DNA of 64,000 nucleotides from Plasmodiophora brassicae. Lineage: Eukaryota. This document shows positions 1 to 10,522 of this stretch, piece by piece. The translations under genes were made by a program, and so were the position numbers. Below the pieces are notes generated by a model, which did not search any database, was not told where the DNA came from, and worked only from the letters and a program-made list of their open reading frames with translations. How positions within the stretch are numbered: position 1 is the first letter of the stretch; every line of letters begins with the position of its first letter. Location of the stretch: assembly GCA_036867785.1 (NCBI GenBank), contig CP145410.1:744001-808000 (forward strand), in the 5' to 3' direction.

Positions 1-646
1 GATGAGGAATTGGCGAAAAAGCAACAGACGAAGAAAGCTGCATCCGCTGCAGTTTCTGTACCCACGTCAAAGGATGCCTTGAAAGCATCGTCATCATCAT
101 CATCAGTTGCGACTGGAGCATCGAAGCAGGCAGCCGCGCCTCCTCGCTCTGCCCACAAATTCGCTGTGCCTGCTGTGCCGCCATCTCCCGAGCCTGTTGT
201 TGAAATCCCCATCAACGCGCCGCCGAGGTAAAGACTGGCCTGCTCTCGTTGACGCAACCCTTCTCCTGACTCGCGTTTATGCTATCCTAGTGACAGTGAC
301 GAAGATGATGAGGATAGTGACCGGGAGCAACAGAAGAAGCGAATACCCAAGTGGGCCCAGCCGGCGGCGCTCCTGTCGTCATTGGCCGAGCAGGCCCGCA
401 TTGATCCTGACACGATATTCCCGCCCGACTCTCTCAAGTCCTGCAATCTAGAAGGTGCAGTGCTGTTCGCTGCCATTTGGCCTATTGCTAGCATTCTGAC
501 AGTAGTATATTCGTAATGTAGAAGTGTTCGTTGACTTTTCATCCAAGACGCGGTTCACTAGACGTACTAGCAGCGGGAATTGGGTTAGGGATCGTCTCGG
601 CTGGAAGGAGGAGCTTGATTACAAGCGTCGCAATGGATACCTGTAG
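1..646 (+). CDS. INCENP: INCENP-like chromosomal passenger protein, 3' end with IN-box (Aurora-B-binding); 5'-truncated, 2 introns (~228-290, ~455-520)
   Basis: Spliced translation gives acidic stretch then KKRIPKWAQ...EQARIDPDTIF...CNLEEVF...RFTRRTSSGNWVRDRL...GYL*, matching the IN-box pattern (IPxWA, DPxxIF, LxEIF, RTSSxNW); GT-AG introns restore frame. Confidence 0.85.
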
Positions 647-932
647 TTCGCTACACTTCACATCTTGCTGCGAGTCTATTTAAAACAGTGAACGTTTTGA
701 TTTATGAGGCAACGAATCTCTCAGATAACTGCATTGTAAGGGAATAGCAGGCTGCAGACGCAGACCCATTTCTGCGATATGAGAAATATACGCCGGTTTT
801 GCTTTATTCACTGAATCTTTGATGGGCGTGTTATTACAAGTGATGACGCCAGAAAACAGTGAATAGACTGAAAGTCCACAATATAATTTCATTCGGGAGC
901 AGAGTCGACTGGTACACTAGACGAATTAGGGT

Positions 933-2130
933 TCATGCATCAGGGCTGTTCGGTAGCTCTGCATCAAGATCAGAACCCCCCAGACTGTGATGTACATTGA
1001 GGACCAGCTCGTTCGTACTATCGTCAACCGCCGCGGCGTTCTCCGATTCAGATGCACCAGCAGCCATGTCGAGCAAGTGGGAAGTTGATGATTCGTTGTT
1101 GGCAGGTTCTTGACCGTCTGATGCTGATGGCGTTGAGGCGTGATCGCCGAAACCCGTGACGCTGCTGCCGTCAGGGGCACTGGATTCAGCAGGGTGCTCA
1201 ACCTGATGGTCAGCGAAGCTATCGCCATATAGCCCGACGTCATGATAGTCGTCGTTCGCCAGACTCTCGTGTTCGCGGCCACTTGGGGCGAGAGGGTGTG
1301 ATTCCAGCTTCAATCGCTTCTTGCTGTCCTCGGTGCCCGACTCAAACGAATGCAGGGCGCCGCCATCGTCCAGGCTGTCGTTGCTTCGCTTGTTCGACAG
1401 AACCGAGGGCGTTTCATCAGCATTCAAGTCGCTCCGTGCGTCGCCATCGGTCTTGTAGGACTCCATTTGCCTTCGGTAGCGCTCGCGGTCTGCCGACGCC
1501 CTTTCTTCGTAAGGCCTCTTCTCCTCTGACGACATTGTTCGCCATATTTCACCAAGCTTCGCTCCAATCTTTCCGAACGCCTGACGTGCAACACACATAT
1601 ATATCAGATTTGTAAACATATAATAGGAACGAGACCCAATTACCAGATCGGGATTCTCCTGCTTTAATTCCGCTCGTCGCTCTTTGCAGAAGATCATATA
1701 GGCATTAGATGCCGCTTTGGGCGCATTCGGATCCTTCTTCTTCTTCGGCGGTTTAGTCGGCATGACATTCCCATCGTGCAGCAATGTACCAGCAGCGCCG
1801 TTTGGGTTGGCGTTGGCACGATTCTCGCGCGCGTTCTGCGTGATCATGCATTTGGGGCACTGGATATACAGAGAATTGGCAGGGTGCGCTAGCAGCGTCC
1901 CGCATCCGATGCAGACAGTCTGCTGCGGCGCGTGCGGATTCTGTGTCATCTGGCATCGCGGGCATTGAATGTACATCGATCCACGCGGGAAAGACAACTG
2001 GACGGAGCAGTATGAGCAATATATGGTTTGCTGTGCAACGGTATTCGTCAGTGTCAACCAGGGGCGCCGACGGATGCGCGACACCGACCATGCCGCCGCT
2101 GGGATTCACGGCGCTGTTCATGGCCTCCAT
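933..2130 (-). CDS. Two LSD1-type C4 zinc fingers plus HMG-box protein with acidic tail; introns ~2033-2088 and ~1582-1644
   Basis: CSYCSVQLSFPRGSMYIQCPRC and CIGCGTLLAHPANSLYIQCPKC; KKKKDPNAPKAASNAYMIFCKERR...FGKIGAKLGEIWRTMSSEEKRPYEERA is a typical HMG box; in-frame intron inside the HMG box. Confidence 0.85.
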
Positions 2131-2597
2131 GGCAAGGCCGCGTCCGTAATCGTGAATCTGTACCCGCCAACGGCAGTCGTCGCAGTCGCTGATCGACGCC
2201 CAGTCGTGATTCGATCACAGTGCGTGCGCGTGTGCCCTGCGGTATGGTATCAGAAATCCAGCGCCTATCGAGATACGCGGCGCACGGCGGAAAATCCGGC
2301 GCAGATGCGGCGGGCGACGGACTGACCGACCGATTCGTAAACGGTGACGCGCGCGGCGGCCGTGACGCCCTGTGCCGACTCCCTGTCGTGCGGACCCGGC
2401 GACCCCACTGACAACCCACTCAGGCACACTGACGGACGGAGCACGACCAGGCTCCCGACGCGCACGTGGAATGGACCTTCCCACCCAAAACTGACAGAGA
2501 TTTTTGGATTCCGAAAGTCCTGCGACGGGCGTCCCAAAATAGCCGCGCCTGCCAACTGGCCATGGCCGGCGCGGTTTGCGTTACGGCAAGGGCCGTG

Positions 2598-2617
2598 GCG
2601 CGCGCGCGCGCGCGCGC
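2598..2617. repeat. (GC)10 alternating dinucleotide tract
   Basis: gcgcgcgcgcgcgcgcgcgc read directly. Confidence 0.9.
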
Positions 2618-2977
2618 ACTCCAAACCCGAGGGAGGAACCAGAAACCTCACCGCCGCCGCCGCCCGCTCCTGGCCCTCCTCGGGACTCCTGGGCGTCCGC
2701 CCTCCAGTGCGGGCGCGAGGATCACACAGAAGCGACCCATGCTCCCCCGTTGTTCAAGGTTTTACGAATGGCCATTGCCCATTGCTCAGCGATGCAAAGT
2801 ACTGGGCCCTGCCTGTCACCACCCCGAATCGAACATCAACGAGGACATCGAGAACCAACGAATTAGTACAATGTATTTATCGTTAAGGCTGTACACAGCA
2901 TGATGAGGGCATTTTCATCGTCGCGAAATCGGGGTACGGAATACGTGTCCCGGAGCGGACCTCCAGATGAATCACGT

Positions 2978-3816
2978 TCATTCAGGGCGGTCCCCGTTCG
3001 TGATCTCGGCGCCTGCCGACGCGTCGTGCTCGCGTGCTTGCTTACCAGCAGTCGTGCCACGAACGTCTTCCTCACTTGACACAGCCGCCTGGACACTGCC
3101 GCCCGGCTGCAGCGGCGGCAACGCCCCGTTTGATCGGCTGACTTCTCCGTTCTTATCGCGGGAATTGAAGCAGGCGCTGCACTTGGGACACTGGATCCAG
3201 ACACTGTTCGGCGGATGGGTCAGTAACTGAGAGCATCCCCTGCATAGCGTTCGATGTGGGGCTTGCGTCTGCTGCGTCGACTCGCAGACGGGGCACTCGA
3301 TGAACTGGGCACTGTCTGGATACTGCAACAGCGACGAACACTTCAAACAGTAGATGCTGTTCTGCGGTCGCGCCGCCTTGGCCGGATACGATGTCGGCGG
3401 AACAAACGGCGGGATCATCGACTGCGATTTCGACGATGGAAGCGGCCCGGGCAGAACAGCGCTCGTGGCACGCAGCACAGGGTCGCCCGAGCATTCGAAT
3501 GTGACCGCACAGCGAGGACACTGGATGTATCGGGCATTAACCGGATGCGACAGGACCGCGGAGCAGCCGATGCAAACGGTCCGCTTCGTGACGGGCGGAT
3601 CCGGAGTCATATTCGTCTGCGAACGAAATATTGAGCATAACCAGTTCGTTGCTGAACACAGACGCATGTACCGACCTTGCACTCGGGACATTGGATGAGA
3701 CGACTGCCGGCCGGGAATGCCAACTTGACATTGCAGCATTTGCAGTTCATGGTTTGCTGTCGGACGGACACACACACACACAGCGTCAGACAGGGCGGCG
3801 CGGGCACGACGCTCAT
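2978..3816 (-). CDS. Four LSD1-type zinc-finger protein, tandem paralog of the upstream gene (start uncertain; introns ~3760-3810 and ~3619-3676)
   Basis: CKCCNVKLAFPAGSRLIQCPEC, CIGCSAVLSHPVNARYIQCPRC, CLKCSSLLQYPDSAQFIECPVC, CRGCSQLLTHPPNSVWIQCPKC. Confidence 0.8.
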
Positions 3817-3961
3817 CGCTGCATTACGATCTCGGACGACGGCCGGGCATTGTCGCGCCCCATGTGAACGCAGGCGGGTCGCGTACTCCACTGACCACGG
3901 ACTGCGCTGTGTCGGCGTCGGCAACCAACGTCGACGGAACACGCGGCCCACCGGGCCACCA

Positions 3962-4450
3962 CTATGGAATTGTTGTAATAAAGGGGTGTTTTTTACAAGC
4001 CTGTTTTTTACATGTAAATTACACCTCTCGGGAACCAACTTTACACTGTAAAATACAGGTAACGTAACGGTTTCCCGATCCGCGGATACACCTCCGCCGT
4101 CCAGGAGCCATTCGCGTGCGCGTCGTCGTCGTCGTCTTGTCTCATGTCGTTGTGGTTGATTGTTCGTAAATAGCCTGCTGGCCGCGATAGGACCGAAGCG
4201 ACTGGGGTTCGCAGGGTTCGTTGGCATTTCGAGGCAGGCACACTTCCCGAGGCGATTTCGGACACACATTTGTACCCCGTTGGTGACGAAGAGGTCATCG
4301 AATCTGGTCAGGTTGTCAGGACCGTGACCATGGTATGAAGGCGTACTGCGAGGGGGCGCAGCCCCCTGCTGTTTTAAACATGTTTTTTACGTGTAAAATA
4401 CATGTATTTTACACTCAACCAGCCATTCTCTGTTTTTAACAATTCCATAG
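3962..4450. mobile_element. MITE-like non-autonomous DNA transposon (~489 bp)
   Basis: Perfect 13-bp terminal inverted repeats CTATGGAATTGTT (3962-3974) and AACAATTCCATAG (4438-4450); flanking direct repeat CCACCA (3956-3961 and 4451-4456); AT-rich subterminal TGTTTTTTAC-type repeats at both ends; no coding capacity. Confidence 0.8.
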
Positions 4451-4527
4451 CCACCACCCACCACCTGCCGTTCATCGTTCCGCAATTATTGGCGATCGAC
4501 ACATTCCTTTACCAGGGCGAACCCCGG

Positions 4528-5610
4528 TCATGTATTTGAAAGTGTTATTGAGGCGTGCGCCCGGTACTGTTTACGCCACCTGGCGAACGGGAAACAGCAT
4601 GACCCAGGGCCAGGCGGGTCGTCCAAGTCGGTGAAGCATGGGATGATCGGGTGTCGTTCAAAGGTCGGATGCGGATCCGAGCCACGACGTTTCTGTCTGA
4701 CTGGCCGGATGGCAGTCGCCGCTGCACACGTTGGCAACGCAAGCCGTCCCTGCGCGACAAGCTGTTTGAGATGGGCCTCAAGTGCAGAGCGCAGGGCGGT
4801 GGATTGGTCGGTCGGGGAGCGACGATGTCGGATGAGTTCATATAGGACTAAGGTGCATTCGTCGCCATCGAACAGCCTTTGGTCGATATCGTCCGGACCG
4901 GCCGCCAGGAGCGTAGCGATCTTTAGAACGGTATCGAAATCCGGCGATACAATCGCCCGCGGTAACTCGACGACCAGGTTCTCGAGTCCAGCCTGCTCAT
5001 CTCCTTCGTGACTTCCTTCTAACAGATGGGACAGTTTTTCAGCAACCTGCCGCGCTGTCGGACGGGCGTTCGGTTCTGCGCTCGTCATAGCATCGATTAG
5101 CGTCGTTAGGTGAGGGCCGGTGTGCCGCTTTGAGCCCGGCATGAGGCGAAGTATAACTCCAAGCGCGAAGATATCGCCGGCGAACGGATTCCCACAGCAT
5201 GGCGGCGTAAAGGGGGAGAGCGCCCCGGCATTCGGGTAAGCAAACCCGCGAAGCTTGACTGTTCGGGTATCTGCGTCAACGATAAACGAGGACAGTCTTA
5301 AACTGTGGTGAGCAATTGACATTGAATGGGCATAGTTAATGGCAGCGACCATTTGCTGGAAGCATTGCAGGACGTTGTCTGCGTCTGCTGAGCAGCGGGC
5401 AATATCCAAGGGTCGGTAAGGAGAACCGGCCGACAGATCAGAAGCCATAGCAATATTGGGATGGTCCAGAATAGCCAGAACGGCTTCTTCTCGGAGATGG
5501 TCGTGCAGATTGCTGGATGATAACATTCGTCCGCTGAGTCGAGTCTCGGTAAAGCGCGGCACCCACGCCCAACGTGTTGTGCCTGGTCGAGATTCTATGT
5601 GATCGCTCAA
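4528..5610 (-). CDS. Degenerate CAMK/AMPK-like protein kinase (probable pseudokinase); 5' structure uncertain
   Basis: EEAVLAILDHPNIA, FQQMVAAINYAHSMSIAHHSL, GDIFALGVIL, LIDAMTSAEPNARPTA align to kinase subdomains III-XI, but HRD and DFG motifs are replaced. Confidence 0.65.
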   Translation of the reverse strand: MSDHIESRPGTTRWAWVPRFTETRLSGRMLSSSNLHDHLREEAVLAILDHPNIAMASDLSAGSPYRPLDIARCSADADNVLQCFQQMVAAINYAHSMSIAHHSLRLSSFIVDADTRTVKLRGFAYPNAGALSPFTPPCCGNPFAGDIFALGVILRLMPGSKRHTGPHLTTLIDAMTSAEPNARPTARQVAEKLSHLLEGSHEGDEQAGLENLVVELPRAIVSPDFDTVLKIATLLAAGPDDIDQRLFDGDECTLVLYELIRHRRSPTDQSTALRSALEAHLKQLVAQGRLALPTCAAATAIRPVRQKRRGSDPHPTFERHPIIPCFTDLDDPPGPGSCCFPFARWRKQYRAHASITLSNT

Positions 5611-5651
5611 GGTACCAGGTCAAACGGACATGATTGTCTCTTCATTTGGTA

Positions 5652-7013
5652 CTATTTACAAGCATCTGAATTTCGCAGGATGTGCGAATGCAGAGCGGAC
5701 AAGGACACAAGAATGGCCTCTTCGGTTCGAATCGTGCCGCTCCCTTGATGAGCACACGTATTAATGTACGCGTCGAACAGTTCTTCAGCGCGTGTCGAGG
5801 GAAGCTTCTCGTCGCCTTCCACACAGGACTCGATGCCGCCAAGCCCACCGAATACGATTATAAGGTGTTTGAACGGTTTCAGGGTGAATGTACCCTCTTG
5901 AGCGAGTTCACCACGGTCAGACGTTCCCAATGCAAGGTCGTAGCCGCCTTCGTAAGGGCATTGTGTGAAGACCTCGGACAGGCCTGCCGCCAAACGCGTT
6001 GTGTACCCCCAGTATAGCCCGGCGGATTCTCGTGGAGCGCTTGGGGACACAGCGTGGCCTTTACCAACTTTCATAACCCGCTCTCAGATGTCAGTACGTC
6101 GGAGACCCATGCACAGGACCTGGTACCTTTTTTCGAGTTCAACAATTCAGGATCCTCTATAGCAACAGTAACACGAACATTCGGGGCAATGGTTTGTGGA
6201 ACGCGAACGTCCTTCCTCAGGCCCACGTTGACAAGTGTCCCCGACGACGACGGGCGCTTCAGCGTTATACCCTCACGAAACGGACTGATAGCGTCAGCGC
6301 GCAGATGGTGAGGAGCGTCAAGTGGGTTGAGGAGCCCAGCGAACCTGAGAGCAGTCAGAACAGAGGCGCACACGATAACAGAGACGCCACTGACTTCAGG
6401 TCCGGATGCATTGGGAAGAGAGCCTTGCGCAAATACTGAGGGCATTCTAGGTATTGAAGGACGCGAGCCAGGAACACGTTCGCGTCTGTCCGGTTGGCGT
6501 GAGACAACGCGCCCTCTGCGCTGTGCTCTTTGCCGTCCTTTGCGTAGCGATAAGGGAGCCGCAATCCGATGGCGTGGTCGCTGTCGTACCTCAGAAAATA
6601 CGACAATTTCGTCAACGTTGAAAATTGTCGCTGCTCGAGCGATTTGTCCAGCAAGGTACTATTCAAAGCTCGCCGTCAGTGGTTGCGGCTGCTGTTAAGA
6701 ATCGCAATTACCGTTTTTAGTTCAGGCGATTGGGCATTACCAATTATGCTGCCTGTACACACCGGAATTTGAGACATTGAATGGGGTCGAACGTACGTCT
6801 GTACTAACCAGGCACAGCGATGGACACGGTCCACTTCCTTGGACGTCTAATATCCTTCAACCGAAGCGTTGAATGCTGCCGAGGACTACTCGGATGCTGA
6901 TCCGGAGCAGGTAACGTTTCCGCTGGTGCAGGACGAGCTTTCTCCTCCTTCTTCCTGAGTTTCTTCACTTTGCGTGCAGCAATGTCCTCAGGCGTTCGCT
7001 GACGTTTCCCCAT
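5652..7013 (-). CDS. SPOUT1: SPOUT-family RNA methyltransferase (C9orf114/SPOUT1-like), multi-exon
   Basis: TVSIAVPG, VFLARVLQYLECPQYLRKALFPMHPDL, GLLNPLDAPHH, FREG, YWGY, YDLALGTSDRG, IIVFGG, YINTCAHQGSGTIRTEEAIL spread over successive exons. Confidence 0.92.
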
Positions 7014-7631
7014 TGTCAGGTCGTTGGGTTCTCGTTAGTCCGTCGCGCAGTCCGAAACCTTCATCGGCTTGCCATAAAAATAGCCTACGACCTGGTAGCG
7101 TCTCGGTTCTCGCTCGTATTTACACCATGCTGAGGTGAGATTGCCACACTGATCGTTAATGATCACCGAACGAAGCCGACCCTCACAACTGAAGTCTCAA
7201 ACACGTTTGCCATTACATAGTCGCAATAGCACAATCTATACGATGTCTCCGCGAATCCGTTTTCGCGGCTCGTTCTGGCGACAGTACAAAGGCCTGGGCT
7301 ATCGAGTGCTATTGCAGAGCAAGCCATGAAAGAAGACGGCATGATGATAACATTCATCCTGGGATCATCACAACGGTTTATGTAATTACAGCTGTATGTA
7401 AGACGCCAGCGGCGAGGAATCATCCTGGATGGGCGCCTCCCAATGAATAGTCAGTGGCGATTGGGCACGTTGCGTATTATAGGTTTGCAATGATTCATCG
7501 CGCATGTGGTCATCAGCGAGGTCGCCTAACGGTATGTTCTGGATCGTTTTTCTGGACTGTTGTGGTGACAGGTGGTCGAGGCCTCGCGGGCTCACCAGGG
7601 CGTTCGGCGAGTTCGTCGCCGAAGCGCGGCT

Positions 7632-9557
7632 ATGTCATTTGAGGACTTGTTCATCGACGTTGCGGACCTGCCCCGAAATGGATATGGCCTTGTCCAGGTC
7701 ACAACATGGGCGATGGCTGACCATTTTGCCATAGCGCTCAACCCCTGTTCGTTCAGATCATATTCCTTGGGATTGTCTACGGCTTCTTCCTCAAGCAAGG
7801 ATCTGGTTCTATATCGGATGGTTCTGAACTCCTGGCTCTTATTCCTTGTAAGCCAATTTAGCATTCATTTCGTTGCCTGTAATCTGATCAGTCGACCAGC
7901 GATATCATACGTCGTCGGCTCCGTCGTTCTTCCGGCTCTGGGCGCCCTTCCCGATGCGATGATCATCTTGTTCTCGGGGCTAGGTGACAATCCGCAGGAA
8001 CAGCTGTCAGTTGGGATTGGCACGCTAGCAGGATCAACAATCATGCTCCTCTCGCTCTCCTGGGGCTTATCCATTATGGCCGGTCGCGTTTCTCTCAACG
8101 CAGACGGATCGGCAAATTACACTCGACCGAAGCAACCTCCCCCTGGATGGACGAAACTGTACCCTGCTGACAAATGGAACCCAACAACGTCAGGGGTGGC
8201 ACCCGGCCCGCAGCTGAAGGTCAACTCGGCTGTTATGCTCTTCACTGTTATTATCTACCTGGTGGTCCAAATAGCGGCGTGGACGACAACTGGGACGAAG
8301 GCGAAGGATGCCAAGACGGATCCTGCCGTCGCGGCGAAATCAGTTAACATTCCGTCTCTGGTCGGAATGCTGCTCGCCATCGTGTCGTTCATCGGCTACA
8401 TGGTTTGGAACCTCAAATCCGTTTCGCGACAATATGTCGTCGAGGAGCAGTTGGAGGAGATTCAGGTCGACGCCCTGAAACGAGGAGACCTGTCTCTTTC
8501 CGCAGTCTTCGAGAAAGAGATTGAACTGCTGTCGGAGAAGGTCAGGAAGGAAAATGGCAAACTTCAGTGGGTCGACGTCAAACGTCTGAGAACGGTGCTG
8601 AGGCCATTCTTCAAGCGACATGACGCCAACGGCAATGGCGTCCTTTGCAAGAGCGAGATGCGGGACGTTCTTCACGATATGGGCGAAACGCCCAGCGATA
8701 CGTTGGTCGACGAATGGTTCGCCAAAGCCGATATTGATGTGAACGGCGCCATCGACTTTAACGAGTTTGTCCTGATGACGGCCATGTACCTGGTGGGCAA
8801 AATCGATGAAAGAAACAAATTTGAAGCGGACCGTTGCCTTCATCCTGGCCATGCGCCCCAAGCTGGGCCAGACGATGCGAGCGACGTGCAGCCGAAGTCC
8901 AACGATGTCGTCCGGATTTCACCTGATCCTCAACGAAACCGTTCTTCCAGCGAGGCCATCCACAGCCTTGTGCGCATCGACGGGGTCGACGAGGATAACG
9001 ACGAGGGCGAAGAAGAAGAAGAAGAAGACGACGAGATACCGGACGATTTGCGGGATCTGCCGCCCGAGGAACAGCGCCGCCGACTATGGCGACGTGCTGC
9101 CGTGAAACTGACCGTCGGGGCCATCGTTCTGCTGTTGTTCTCCGATCCAATGGTGGGCGTCCTGGCCGAATTCGCCAATCGCACCGGCATTCCAGCATTC
9201 TACGTATCGTTCATCGTGGCGCCGTTGGCGAGTAACTTCTCGGAGATCATGGCATCGTTCGTGTTCGCACAGAAGAAGACCAAGAAAACGATCGACATTG
9301 CATTCTCCACGTTGCTTGGCGCCGCCTGCATGAACAACACGCTCTGCCTCGGTGTCTTCCTTGGGCTGGTCTACTTCCGCAACCTGTTCTGGGAGTTCTC
9401 TGCTGAAACGCTATCCGTCATCCTCGTCGAGCTCGTCGTCGGTTTAACCGTGTTCCAGAAGACTATTCGACTGTGGCAAGGCTTCTTCATCATTGCCTTG
9501 CTTCCCCTCGCACTCGTATTCGTCGCTGTGCTTGAAAATGTTGCCGGTTTGGACTGA
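7632..9557 (+). CDS. EF-hand-containing Na+/Ca2+ exchanger-like protein (NCL/EF-CAX type); introns 7698-7756 and 7848-7899
   Basis: Spliced N-terminus IIFLGIVYG...SDGSELL, LPALGALPDAMIILFSG, GIGTLAGSTIMLL, EF hands DANGNGVLCKSE and DIDVNGAIDFNEF, acidic loop, FYVSFIVAPLASNFSE, GAACMNNTLCL. Confidence 0.92.
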   Translation: MSFEDLFIDVADLPRNGYGLVQVTTWAMADHFAIALNPCSFRSYSLGLSTASSSSKDLVLYRMVLNSWLLFLVSQFSIHFVACNLISRPAISYVVGSVVLPALGALPDAMIILFSGLGDNPQEQLSVGIGTLAGSTIMLLSLSWGLSIMAGRVSLNADGSANYTRPKQPPPGWTKLYPADKWNPTTSGVAPGPQLKVNSAVMLFTVIIYLVVQIAAWTTTGTKAKDAKTDPAVAAKSVNIPSLVGMLLAIVSFIGYMVWNLKSVSRQYVVEEQLEEIQVDALKRGDLSLSAVFEKEIELLSEKVRKENGKLQWVDVKRLRTVLRPFFKRHDANGNGVLCKSEMRDVLHDMGETPSDTLVDEWFAKADIDVNGAIDFNEFVLMTAMYLVGKIDERNKFEADRCLHPGHAPQAGPDDASDVQPKSNDVVRISPDPQRNRSSSEAIHSLVRIDGVDEDNDEGEEEEEEDDEIPDDLRDLPPEEQRRRLWRRAAVKLTVGAIVLLLFSDPMVGVLAEFANRTGIPAFYVSFIVAPLASNFSEIMASFVFAQKKTKKTIDIAFSTLLGAACMNNTLCLGVFLGLVYFRNLFWEFSAETLSVILVELVVGLTVFQKTIRLWQGFFIIALLPLALVFVAVLENVAGLD

Positions 9558-9579
9558 TATGTCTCCCTCTACATAAATG

Positions 9580-10447
9580 AATGTATCTGGGGAGCTCACT
9601 GCATGCAGTTGAGGTCTGCGCATCCGCTGGAGAATACCGACCGCTGATCCCAGCGCGTCTCGAGGGCCGGGAGTTGATGAAAGTAAAGCCGCGGCGATGG
9701 TTCGACTCGAAGCTGTGAGGGCATCCGCGTTGCCGGATTGGTCCAGGTCGTGCCACTCGGGAGATGTGCGGCTGCTGGCTTCGAATATCGTGAGGTTAGC
9801 ATGCTTTGTCACTTGACAGGAGACCCCGTGCTGGCGCGCGGCCGACTCGAACAGCACCAATACCGATCCAGTGCGTCAGGTTGTTCACAGGGGCTCACAG
9901 GTGCGTTCGATGAGATGCATGTATTTCCTACAAGATGGCCGGGTGGTATCCAAGCAGCCAGGTCAACCGGTCAGAGTCGCCGCGCTGGATGGCCCGGATG
10001 GGTTGCCGCTTGTAAGTACCTTCGTAGAACGAGTTTCGCTGCACGGCGACGGATTGCCAGTTACACAGAACGAGCTTCTGCTGAGCACCGGTTGCCCGCC
10101 GCCTGAGTAGCGAGGATACACACCGGAAGGAGCTTTGCAGTCGCCATTTGAAGACTGGTCAGCCGACAGCATGTAATTGATCCCGACGAAGCGCTCGAGC
10201 CAGCACCTGTCAGGTCGCCTGACCACAACCGGTGCACGCGTCACCGGCGAAGACAAGGATATGTCAGCAAGAGCGACGACGACGGGTACAGGCAGAGCAT
10301 TGGCGTATATTGCGACATGTGGAAGCGGAACGTGCGCGTGTGCCACAAACTGGAACCATCAGCCAGCCTCATACAGATGCCCCAGCAGGCGGCCGCCGTG
10401 TGGCTTTTGGGGAGTCAGAGCAACAATGGCGGCGACGCTGATCATGC
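9580..10447 (-). CDS. Hypothetical multi-exon protein (boundaries uncertain)
   Basis: Minus-strand ORF pieces 9963-10346 and 9444-9860 separated by plausible GT..AG introns; no recognisable motif. Confidence 0.25.
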
Positions 10448-10522
10448 AGCGTCCGAGACGAAGACGATGCGTTCGGATATAACGATGAGCTTAAGGTACT
10501 GTATAAAACGGGGAAGTAGCGC

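Noticed and set aside
3960-3964. CACTA at the left end of the MITE suggesting a CACTA/EnSpm element
   Set aside because: Right end is CATAG|CC, not TAGTG; the CA belongs to the target duplication
7100-7560. Possible small gene between SPOUT1 and the Ca2+ exchanger
   Set aside because: Only short ORFs with no motif; no consistent spliced model could be built
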